A stretch of DNA of 64,000 bases from Candidatus Latescibacterota bacterium (lineage in GTDB: Bacteria > Latescibacterota > UBA2968 > UBA8231), in assembly GCA_965261395.1 (NCBI GenBank), contig OZ253462.1, positions 704,001 through 768,000 of the forward strand, in the 5' to 3' direction. Each line of letters begins with the position of its first letter. The first letter of the stretch is position 1. This document shows, one piece after another, positions 38,194 to 48,000 of the stretch. The translations under genes and the position numbers were made by a program. Under the pieces are notes generated by a model that was not told where the DNA came from, did no database searches, and saw only the letters and a list, made by a program, of their open reading frames with translations.

Positions 38194-39771
38194 ATGGCCA
38201 AACCACGCATTTTTTTCGACCACGACGGTCGGCACCCGCTGATCTACATGTACGAGCCGCCGATGCAGAAAGAAGAGCTGGAGGCGGCGGTAGACGAGTT
38301 GGTGGGGACGCCAGTCGAGGCGCTGTCGCTGACCCTCGGCGATGCGCAGAGCCTGCTCTACGATTCTTAGGTGGGCGCGTTGTGGGGACGGGATATAAAG
38401 AAGTGGCCGCATCTGATCTGGAAGCGGGCCAACCAGAATTTTACCCAATTGATCAAAGCCGGATGCGATCCGCTCCAGGTGCTCTGCGACAAAGCCCATG
38501 CCAATGGCCTGCTGCTCTACGCGATGCTATTGCCGCAGCAGGGGCCGCGGGAGTGGATGTTGAAAAGCTGGGAAAATCCGCGCTTCGCCGCCGAGCAGCG
38601 CGACCCGCAGCCGTTGGAGATCGGCAGCAAGGGCGGTGTGGACGCGGAGTGGCCGGGGTATCGCGCGTGGGATTACGCTCGTGATGCAGTGCGCGAGCGG
38701 AATTTGGCGATTGTCGAGGAAGTGCTCGCGCGCTATCCCGTTGACGGTTTTGAGCTACAGCTCAATTACTGCCCCTATTATTTTCACCCCGATGAGATTG
38801 CGGCGGGGATGGGGATTATGACCGAGTGGATAGGGCGGGTTTATGCGGCGGTAAAAAAGAGCGATCCGGCACGAGAATTGGTCCTGCGCGTACCGGCGAA
38901 TCTGGATGGATGCCGGGCGGTGGGGCTGGAGCCATTGGAGTGGATGCGCCGGGGCATTGTCGACGCGATCGTGCCCGAGGCATCGGGAGCGGCGGATCCG
39001 TCGGCGGATTTCAGCGCCTTCGTCAAAGCGGCACGCGGGACGGTGTGTCGGGTCTTGCCGGCGTTACAGAGTCGGATCGACAGCGACCGGGTCGGCGAGG
39101 GGACGATCGAAATGGTGCGGGCGGGGGCTTGCAACTATTGGGCGCAGGGAGTCGACGGCCTCTATATCGCGCATTGGTTTGGCTGTTGGCCGTATAAGGC
39201 CGATTTCTACCAGAAGCTGCGCGAGGTGTCCTTCCCCGAGACGATGGCGGCCAAGGACAAGGTCTATCGAATCCCCAGCGAGGGCAGCGCGCCGGCACCG
39301 GAGGCGATTGCGCCGCATGTCGCTAATCCGCTACCCATTGAGTTGGCAAAGGGACAGGCGCAACAGGTGGGTTTTGCGGTGAGCGATGATCTGAAAAAAT
39401 GGGACAAGGTCGATCGGGTCCACGAGGTGATCTTGCGGGTGCGAGTGCAGGAGACGACGGAGCGGGACCGCTTGCGCTTTGCTTTTAACGGCAAAGAATT
39501 ACCGCAATCGCTGCTGCGCAAAATCAATCAGATGTACGTGATGGATGCGCCGCGCTATCGGGTTTTTGGCTATTGGTATGTCTTTCGTTTGGACGAAAAA
39601 TTTAGGCCGGTGCAGGGGTGGAATGTGCTGGAAGTCGAACTGCTCAAACGGGACGGGCAGGCGCTACCGGCTGTCGTATTGCGCGATGTAGAGCTGGAAA
39701 TCAAGTACTTGATGGGGAAGAATTACCATCGGGGTTTGATCGATGCAGATCTGGGACCGGGTGAATTGTAG
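38194..39771 (+). pseudogene. GHL10/DUF187-like protein interrupted by an in-frame TAG (38368-38370)
   Basis: ATG at 38194 after AAGGAG gives MAKPRIFFDHDGRHPLIYMYEPPM...LLYDS*VGALWG. This is collinear with the intact paralog at 1980-3551 (MNQPKIMYYHDGRHPHIYRYEPPM). Confidence 0.8.
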
Positions 39772-39795
39772 CTTCTCTGCACGGGGGCCTAGGTA

Positions 39796-40413
39796 ATGGT
39801 GCGCCGCTACGGGCTTTATTTGCTGCTGGCTGTTTGTCTGGGGTGGTTTGCATACCAGCAGGTGCGTCCGGCTCCTCAAGACGATCCAGACGCGGTCGTT
39901 ATCTGGAGTGGTTGGGGCGAGGAAAGTCCAGCGTTTGAGCTCTATCACCAGTGGTGGGCTGAACTAGAGCGGGAAAAAGGCATCCGGGTTTCTCACGTTT
40001 CGCTAAAGAATTCGGTGATGATCCAGCAGGCCAACCGCGCCCTGGTGCTGGGGGGCGCTCCAGCCCTGTTTCAGAGTTTCGGTGGGTATGGGCTGGCGCT
40101 CCAGGGGAAGTACGGGCTGCTGGAAAATATCTATCCCGAGATCGAGCGGCGGGGTTGGGACCAAGTGCTCGAAAAAAAATGGTTGGATATCGTTACCTTC
40201 GACGGGGAATTTTACGGCATTCCCATCGAAGCCGCCACGTTCGGGATCATCGCCAATACGACCCTCTTCGACCGTCATGGCATCGAGTATCCCACGGATT
40301 GGCCGACGTTTGTGCGGGCCTGCGAAGCGTTCAAGGCGCGCGGTATCCAGCCGCTGCTGATAGCCGGCAAGGAAGAAGGCGGCGGCAATAAGACGCAGAT
40401 TGACGCTTTCTAA
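39796..40413 (+). pseudogene. Truncated ABC sugar-binding (family 1) protein
   Basis: N-terminal TM/signal, FDGEFYGIPI, IANTTLFDRHGIEYPTDWPTFVRACEAFKARGIQP. It is only 205 aa, about half the usual length, and no permease genes follow. Confidence 0.65.
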
Positions 40414-40785
40414 GCTGCTTTGCAACTTAGATCCGGTGTACATATTAGGAACCCGACTATCGCCTTTTAGGATGACGATTATGCCGCCCCAGCAAACCCT
40501 CTATCCTGCCGAAGAAACGGCTCGGCGATGGCGACGTGGGAGAAAATCCATTCGGCATGGGCATTCGGGCATACTATATTCGGGGCGGGCAACGGCAGGC
40601 CTTGCGCAGATACCAGAGACGTATCAGCCGAGGAACTCACGGAGATTAGGGCGACTGGCGATGGTGGGGGAAGGTAGCCCATTGTCAAAGTACTCTGAAA
40701 GGTGTCGGCATAGATGTCAAAGAAACCCACCGCTATATATGAAGCGTCTATATAATCCATATCTATATGTGAAAGGAGCCGTTGC

Positions 40786-41472
40786 ATGACACGGGATAGA
40801 ACGCGTAGCAACGGGGGGAGTGAGCCGAGCATCGAGATTGTCGAGTTCTCCGTTGTCGTGATCGCAACTGCAAACAATCCGTCCATCTTAAATCTTGATT
40901 TCTTGCGATACAACGAAATCGTGAATCCAGATTGGCAAGAACAGGGGGCTTCCGTTTCAACTCCGGCTTTTGCCCAGGTATCATTTGAGGGCGGGCTTAC
41001 CGTTAAAGCTGACCAGCAACGTGTCATCTTCGAGCAACTCGGAGACGGATTGGTCGTACCAGAAGTGGCTAAGCGCTATTTTCAGCAGGTCCCGTATGTT
41101 CCTTATTCCGGCATCGGCATCAATCCCAAATTCTTTCTGCGCTCAACGGGAGAGCATCTGCCGCTTATGGAGAGTGTAGTGCGCGATCAAGGTGCTTGGA
41201 TGTCGTTCAAGGATGTAGCGCCGATGGTTCAACTGAAATTAATCTATAGTTACGAAGAAAGAACTATTTCCCTTGATGTTGTCCAGATTGAACCAACGAT
41301 AGATGGCCAGACGGTCTCTGGGATACTGTTCCAAGCGAATGTCCATCGTGATGTCGATGGACCGAACGCACAGGCCCGAAACAAGCACATCCAGTCTATT
41401 TTGGATAGGTGGGAAGACGATCTGGAGGATGTTCGTCTGTTGAGTAAGACTCTGTTAGGAGGAATGAAATGA
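40786..41472 (+). CDS. Hypothetical protein (TIGR04255-like), first gene of a three-gene module
   Basis: AAAGGAG RBS. SVVVIATANNPSIL..DFL, SGIGINP and LFQANVHRD. It overlaps the next gene (ATGA). Confidence 0.55.
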   Translation: MTRDRTRSNGGSEPSIEIVEFSVVVIATANNPSILNLDFLRYNEIVNPDWQEQGASVSTPAFAQVSFEGGLTVKADQQRVIFEQLGDGLVVPEVAKRYFQQVPYVPYSGIGINPKFFLRSTGEHLPLMESVVRDQGAWMSFKDVAPMVQLKLIYSYEERTISLDVVQIEPTIDGQTVSGILFQANVHRDVDGPNAQARNKHIQSILDRWEDDLEDVRLLSKTLLGGMK

Positions 41473-42389
41473 CTGCGGTTTTCGATGAATCCGTACCGAT
41501 TACATACGACTGGAACGAACCCGCATCGCCAACGGCTGTGGGTCCTACTCCAGTCATATCGCCGGAGCCTCCTGCGGAAGATGATTCGGCAGACGTGTAT
41601 CCGGACCCGGTTACGGCAGAAGAACTACTCAGTGTCTCTCAGTTTGGAGAAGGCTCAGAAGCCGAACTCATATCCCCGACAACGGCATATGCGGGATATT
41701 CAATGTGGGGTGGAGTTGGAGAGTACCTTTTTACGAGTCAGAGTACGGAAGGGGTTCCCGGGGGACTTCCTAATGCCTTATTCGGCCTTGAGCAAAGCAG
41801 TGACGCAAAGGAAAAGGGCTTATTGGAATCACTCCAAACGGCCGTACCGAACGTCCTCGATACTTCCAAACAGCCTTATAATATCTATTCCATGCCAGTG
41901 TGGACGTCTCCAGTGTGGAACGAGGTAGGCAAGCACCACGTTCCGGGTCTGACACCAGAGAACAGAACATCCGCGTTTTTTGATGCCGTACTCTCTTTTG
42001 AGCAGATCGTTGAAAACGCAACGGGAGAAGACTTACCTGCTCCGCTCGCCAATGCCCTACTCGATCTTCATGAGATAAACGACGAGGCCGACGAAGAAGG
42101 AATTCCACCGCCTTCCGAATCGGCTATTGCCAACGCGGATCGTCTGATACGAGAAATCTATGACATATTGCCACGTCAATATCTAGTGGAACTCCTGCCG
42201 GAAGGGGTTATTGCTATCACCGTTCCCGGCGGATTTCGGCGTTCAGTTATATTATTGTGCGAATCTAAGGGCGGGGCACTGTGCTCTGTCAACATGAACG
42301 GCGAACATCGGCGCAAACGGTATCCACACGCGGACCAACTGCCGGATAGATTTCTGCATGAAGCCTTGAGTGAACTGGGACAGGAGTAA
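41469..42389 (+). CDS. Hypothetical protein with an acidic, low-complexity N-terminus and a small folded C-terminal domain (antitoxin-like)
   Basis: Pro/Glu/Ser-rich N-half. C-terminal DEADEEGIPPPSESAIANADRLI..LPEGVIAI. Translationally coupled to the upstream gene. Confidence 0.55.
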   Translation: MTAVFDESVPITYDWNEPASPTAVGPTPVISPEPPAEDDSADVYPDPVTAEELLSVSQFGEGSEAELISPTTAYAGYSMWGGVGEYLFTSQSTEGVPGGLPNALFGLEQSSDAKEKGLLESLQTAVPNVLDTSKQPYNIYSMPVWTSPVWNEVGKHHVPGLTPENRTSAFFDAVLSFEQIVENATGEDLPAPLANALLDLHEINDEADEEGIPPPSESAIANADRLIREIYDILPRQYLVELLPEGVIAITVPGGFRRSVILLCESKGGALCSVNMNGEHRRKRYPHADQLPDRFLHEALSELGQE

Positions 42390-42394
42390 GTTGG

Positions 42395-42847
42395 TTGGCT
42401 CGCACGAGCCTCCCTCAGAGCATATCTCCGAACGAGACTTTGGGGAGGGGCGTATTTTCAAGCAGACAGGCACGCCAAGCTAGACGCGGGACGAAAATGC
42501 CCCTCAGTGCATTCCTCGAAGCGTGGGGGAAAGTGAAACTCTCCGTTGACCGGCTTGATTTCGCGGAACCTGAAGAGATGGCGGCGCTTGGCGACAGTGT
42601 AGCAGTTGGCCGTAGTGTAGATCGTACGGTCACATTTTATGGCTGGGCCGTCATTGCTGCTAAAGACGCCGAAAACAATGGGCGGCAGGTGGTTTACACT
42701 CCACAACCCGATAATCCATACCATACAGACATTATCTTGCCAGACTCCACAGCGGAGGACCGCGACGAACAAATTAGTCACGCCCAAGAGTTGGCGGATG
42801 CGTCCCTATGGCGCGAACGTCCAAACTCCACGAAAACTGACGAATGA
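42395..42847 (+). CDS. Putative ADP-ribosyltransferase/RES-like small toxin
   Basis: ETLGRGVF, SAF, LSVDRL, FYGWAVI and PQPDNPYHTDI. TTG start after an AGGAG RBS. Confidence 0.5.
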   Translation: MARTSLPQSISPNETLGRGVFSSRQARQARRGTKMPLSAFLEAWGKVKLSVDRLDFAEPEEMAALGDSVAVGRSVDRTVTFYGWAVIAAKDAENNGRQVVYTPQPDNPYHTDIILPDSTAEDRDEQISHAQELADASLWRERPNSTKTDE

Positions 42848-42984
42848 CTCTTCGCGGGTGGACTCAAGCGAAAATAAAACCGACCTAGTCCGCTCCTTGA
42901 ACCGCCTCGCACCAGCTTGACCAAGCAGGCGGTTTGCATTAACTCACTCTAGGCTACCGAAGCTAACCGAAAGACAGGTGCAAC

Positions 42985-44925
42985 GTGGACCTAGACGCAC
43001 TGCTGCGCGACGTGGATCTAGACGAAATGATGCGCCTCTACGACGAGGCGGCTGAGGAGCTGCTGCAAGTCGCGATAAGCGACGGCCACTTTGCCGACCG
43101 CGACCCAAGCGAAATCACCTGGCCGGTGGGCGCAGACCTCGACGCACTCACGCGACGCGCCGAGCTGATCGGCACCATTCACGAGGGCACCCCCCCGCTC
43201 CGCGACAAGCGCCTGCAAGAGGCATACGACCACTACGAGCGCGTCGGCCCCGCCTACCACCAAGCGAATCGCCTCTACCTAGCAACGCGCCGGCTCTTCG
43301 TCGAACGCGGGCGCGGCGACGCACTCGATTTCCACGCGCTCTACCAATCGGTCTATCTACACGCCTTGGGCCGCGACAACCCCTACACCCTTGACGAAGG
43401 TGAGGCTGCCCTCGTTAAGCTGCGGGTCGCCCGCGTGCCGCTGTCCCACGCCCACGCCGTCGCCGAGAAGCTGGAAGCCAGTGCGGCACAAAAAGAACCC
43501 GCGACCGACTCGGCCGACGATCCGCGCTTGGCAGAGCACTACGCCTGCGAAATTGACGGGGTGCGCCACGCCGGGACACTCGGCGATCTGCTTGACGAGG
43601 TTGCCGAGCGCGTCGTCGATTACCTCGCCGCTGGCGAGCACTTCGCCATCCGCTTTAACACCTATAGCAACTTCATCTATCTCGGTATATCGGTGTGGAA
43701 GGCCATCACGGACGCCGACTTGCTCTTGGCCCGCATTGAGGGCCGGGTGCGCGCCCAATGGCACCAAAAGCTGTGCAAGCTGGTCCTGCTGGGTAAGGGC
43801 ATGCTACTCAAGTTCCTCCAAGCCCACTCCGAAGATCCCGCCCAAATCAAGCCGAGGGAATTTTGGTACGGCCAAGAGTATAGCTACCTGACCCGCGACA
43901 TGATCGACCTAACGCGCCGCTTAGTCGGCTACGTCAACCGACTAGCGAGCCGGGTACACGGAGAGGTTGATCCGGTGATCCTGCCCCCCCTGCTCGACGG
44001 CAAGGCCAAGGGCCGCTTTCTCGAATACCAGCACGTCGGGCGACGCCAGAGCCTCGGCTCATGGAGCCGTCGGACGCGCCTCTTGCGCTGGGCTCTCCTC
44101 TACTACCGCACCGGCAAGAAAAAAATGAGCCTCCTAGCGGCTCAACTCCCAGAAGCAGAGCGCCTCAAAGCCGCCAGTGCCCAAAGCAGCGAATGGGGGC
44201 GGAAATCGCTGGACATTTTCGGCATTGAAGTGGCCATAAGCGCCGACCCGCTCTTCGCCGCCACTGCCCGCGACCTCGACCTAGCCAACAAACAGGAGAA
44301 GGTCCTGTTCCTCCCCACGCACCGCAGCCTCTTCGACCATCCGGTGATGAGCAGCCTGCTCCACGATCCTCGCTTCCTCGAGCTGATCGGCTGGCGCGAA
44401 CCCCCCACGCCCGTGAGCCTCGCCCGCGCCCGACTCACCGAACCCGCAACCCTGCGCATTGGTGGCCGCTCTTTTTCGCTGATTGGCTTTACTACCGAGG
44501 AGGTTGACCACATGATGGAGGCCGTTGACGGGCACGTCATTATGAGTCGCTCGGCCGACACAAAGAATCCCACGCGCCGCTTTGCCGAGCTCCTCACAGA
44601 GCGACCGGGCATCGTCTATGGCGAGGGCACCACTGCCGCCTTCGAGAATCAGTGCCTGCCCATGCAGCACGCGCTCTTTGCGTACCTGCCGCCCGACGTG
44701 ATCATCGTGCCGCTGGCTTTTCGCGGCCTCCATTCCCTATGGCCCAAGTGCCCGCGCGGCAATCTCAACATCGGCAGCGGCCGGGTCGAAGTAGTAGTTT
44801 GCCCGCCGATGCTCGGCGAAACCACGCTCCTGCCGCGCAAGCGCGCCCTGCGCACGCAGCTAGAGCCAGCGACGCTCTTCCAAGCCGTACACATCGCGCG
44901 GCTTTTCAACCCGGAACCAGCCTAG
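42985..44925 (+). CDS. Glycerolipid acyltransferase (PlsC-like) domain protein with a long helical N-terminal region
   Basis: C-terminal FLPTHRSLFD (HxxxxD), YGEGT and IVPLAFRG. The N-terminal ~400 aa are not recognised. Confidence 0.7.
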   Translation: MDLDALLRDVDLDEMMRLYDEAAEELLQVAISDGHFADRDPSEITWPVGADLDALTRRAELIGTIHEGTPPLRDKRLQEAYDHYERVGPAYHQANRLYLATRRLFVERGRGDALDFHALYQSVYLHALGRDNPYTLDEGEAALVKLRVARVPLSHAHAVAEKLEASAAQKEPATDSADDPRLAEHYACEIDGVRHAGTLGDLLDEVAERVVDYLAAGEHFAIRFNTYSNFIYLGISVWKAITDADLLLARIEGRVRAQWHQKLCKLVLLGKGMLLKFLQAHSEDPAQIKPREFWYGQEYSYLTRDMIDLTRRLVGYVNRLASRVHGEVDPVILPPLLDGKAKGRFLEYQHVGRRQSLGSWSRRTRLLRWALLYYRTGKKKMSLLAAQLPEAERLKAASAQSSEWGRKSLDIFGIEVAISADPLFAATARDLDLANKQEKVLFLPTHRSLFDHPVMSSLLHDPRFLELIGWREPPTPVSLARARLTEPATLRIGGRSFSLIGFTTEEVDHMMEAVDGHVIMSRSADTKNPTRRFAELLTERPGIVYGEGTTAAFENQCLPMQHALFAYLPPDVIIVPLAFRGLHSLWPKCPRGNLNIGSGRVEVVVCPPMLGETTLLPRKRALRTQLEPATLFQAVHIARLFNPEPA

Positions 44926-45025
44926 AGATCCTAACAAAACCTGCTAGGCGATCCTCGGAACGCGGGCGTCCCGCCCACCCATGTCATTCCCGCGAAAGCG
45001 GGAATCCAGTTTTGTTAGGGCCTCT
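44924..45025. mobile_element. MITE/REP-like palindromic element between convergent genes
   Basis: Terminal IR AGAGATCCTAACAAAAC / GTTTTGTTAGGGCCTCT (15/17 match). Internal hairpins GCGGGCGTCCCGC and ATTCCCGCGAAAGCGGGAAT. Confidence 0.65.
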
Positions 45026-45029
45026 TAGA

Positions 45030-48000
45030 CTAAAAGAGCGATAGCTGCTCAGCCCCCCGTCGGCGCGGCATTGCCACATCCTCGCGCGCGAGCAACCGAG
45101 CGGGGATCTCGTCCACAAACGGCGATAGCGCACATTGCACCCGCTCGCCATAGCGCTGGCGGCTGCGCGCCCGCAGCAACACTAGCTCCTCCTCCGCTCG
45201 CGTCATGCCCACGTAAAAGAGCCGTCGCTCCTCGGCGAGGTCGGCGTCCCGCTCCCGGAAGGGGATGAGTCCATCCTCCACCCCACAGACAAATACCACT
45301 GGAAACTCCAAGCCCTTGGCCGCGTGCAAGGTCATCAGCGCGACAGCCTCCGGGCCTTGGGGACCGCCCCGCTCCTCGTAGTCGGCCTCCGCGCCTAGGA
45401 GCACGGTCTCCAGTAGCTGTGCGAGCGTTCCGGCCGCGTCGGCTACTCGGGCCAAGTGCTCTAAGTCCTCGTCCTCCGGGTCGCCGAACTCAGCCTGCCA
45501 GCGGCGCACCCAAGCACCCGCCCCCTCCTGCGCGGCCCATTGCCTGTACTCTGCTATTCGCGCCTCTAGCGCCTCGACCCGATCCTGTGCCGCAGCCGAC
45601 AGTTCCCCTCGCCGCACTTGGCGCAAAATGTGCGGCTCCACGCCCATGGCCTCTAGTGCCTGCCAGCGGCGCACATCCTCTTGCGAGATTGAAGCGTAGC
45701 GAGCAAACGCCAAAGCGGCCCGCACCGCCGGCGCTTGCAGAAAGCCTTTCTGCCCGACGAGCCGATAGGGCAGGCCCTCCTTGCGGAAGCATTCCTCTAG
45801 CGCTCGGCCCTGTTGGCCAGTGCGGAAGAGCACGGCAAAGTCGGCGAAGCTGCGCGTACCCTCTGCGCCAGCATCGGTCTGCACCATGTCGGTACCGCCG
45901 ACCATGCGGGCAATCTCCCGCACCACCGCAATGCCTTCAGCCGTCTCGCCCTGTACCTCCATTAGGCGGATTCGCTCCTTTCCCGGGCGCACGGCCGCGA
46001 GTTCTATGGCCTCGCGCCCCGGATTGTGGCCGACGACGGCCGCGGCGGCCTCGACAATATGTCCCTGTGAGCGGTAGTTCGCACCCAGATGAAAGAGTCG
46101 CGTATCCGAAAAACGGTCGCGCAAGTGAACGAAGTGGGCGGGCGAAGCACCGCGAAAGCTGTAGATCGCTTGATCTGGGTCGCCGATAGCCATCAGACCC
46201 GTGCCCTCACCCGCTAACTGGAGGACCAATCTATACTGCGCGGCGTTGAGGTCTTGGAACTCGTCTATTAGCAGGTAGGGAAAACGCGCTCGCACCTGTT
46301 CCCGCACGGCTGCATCCGCTTCTAAGAGACGCAGCAAATCCAAGAGAATGTCATCGTAATCGCAGGCTCCAGACGCATGTAGAGCCGCCTGATAGGCGTC
46401 GTAATGCGGTCGCCACTCCTCGGCGATCTCATCCGGCCCTTGCGCGGCGGCCTTGGCCAGCGAGATGGCTCGACCGGCAGCGGCGACCGGCCCCGGTAAA
46501 CCGGCGTCTGCCAGCGCCCCTTCCAGCACCCGGCGCGCTTCCACCTCGTCGAGCACCAGCTTTGGCTCGCAGCCCAACTCCCGCAAGAGCGACAACGCCA
46601 AGCGGTGGAAGGTCCCCACCTGCATCGCGCCCAGCCCGGACTCACCGCCCAACAATGCGCTCAGCCGCTGCCGCATCTGTCCTGCCGCTCGCCGGGTAAA
46701 GGTAATGGCCATGATCTGCCCCGGATCCACGCCGCTTGCGACCAGCCGCGCAATGCGCCGCGTCAGCACTCGGGTCTTGCCCGACCCTGGCCCGGCTACG
46801 ACCACTAAAGGTCCTCCTTCGGCCTCTTCGATTTGCCGCTGTGCGGCGTCGAGCGCATCCGCGTCCTGCTCCGCTTGTGCGGTGCTAGCGGGCCTTGGCG
46901 GCGGCATCGGCACCACTTCCTCAGCCGTCTTAGCGGCCGCCGGGCCCAAGTCGAACAGCGCACCTTGCCCTTTTAAGCGCGCCCGCTCCTCCTCGCTGAA
47001 CACGCTGACCACGCCGTACTCCCCATCGTGGCCGGGGTAGATGTCCACCTCGCCGCAGCGCATCCGGCGCACACCCTCGGCCACCAACGGCCCGCCGCAG
47101 CTCTCAATCGCTGCGAGCCCGGCGTGGCGCAATACGTCGAGTTCCGGGCCGATCTCGGCCAAGAGTCGGTCGTACACGGCGCGAACTTTTTTGCTCTTAG
47201 GGCCAACGCCAACCGCTGCGCCGATAACTTCGTCGAGTGGGATCAAGTACTCGTAGGGTGGGGCAACCTCCGGGCGGAACCCCTCCGGGCGATCGGCCAG
47301 TAGTTCCACTCGGTGCAAAACCCCCACCGTCAGCTTGCGTCCGCACACCGGGCAGATTCCCTCAGCGGCCAGCGTTTGCGCCGGCTTGTAGCACACCGCG
47401 CACTTGCGATGCCCGTCGTAGTGGTATTTGCCTTCTTCGGGATAGAACTCCAAGGTGCCTAAAAAGCGCGCTGGGTCGCGGTCTTTGAGCGCAGCGTAAA
47501 TGCCCGGATACGAGCACTCGGTGTCAAAGCACGTGGCCTCACGGGCCAGCTTCTGCGGAGAATGGGCGTCGGAATTAGATATGATCGCATAGCGGTCGAG
47601 GGCCGACAGCCGCCAGTTCATCGGCGGATCCGAGGACAGGCCAGTCTCCACCGCGAAGATGTGCGGCAGCAAATCCTCGTAGCACTCCTCCAACGAGTCA
47701 AAGCCCGAAGAGGCCCCCAAAGCGGCAAAGTGCGGCGTCCATATATGGGCCGGGACGAAGAGCACGTTCTCGTCGGCTTCGAGACAGATTTCTAAAAGGT
47801 CGCGGCTGTCCAGCCCCAAGATGGGCCGGCCGTCGGACTTCAAGTTGCCAATAGCGCCGAGGCGGCGATTGAGTCGGGCGACGGATTCGAGGGAGGGCAG
47901 AATGACGACGTGATGGATCTTGCGGGTCTTGTCGCCCTTCTTGTAGATGGTGCTTATTTCCACCGAAAGCATGAAGCGCACGGCGCGGCGGCAGTGCTCG

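Noticed and set aside
24302-38370. Genome-wide TAG recoding
   Set aside because: Many well-conserved genes end at TAG exactly at their expected C-termini.
40479-41027. 182-aa minus-strand ORF, and the plus-strand ORF at 40400-40789
   Set aside because: The minus ORF is antisense to a better-supported gene. The plus ORF may contain a small relic (MPPQQTLYPAEETARR), but the evidence is too weak to call.
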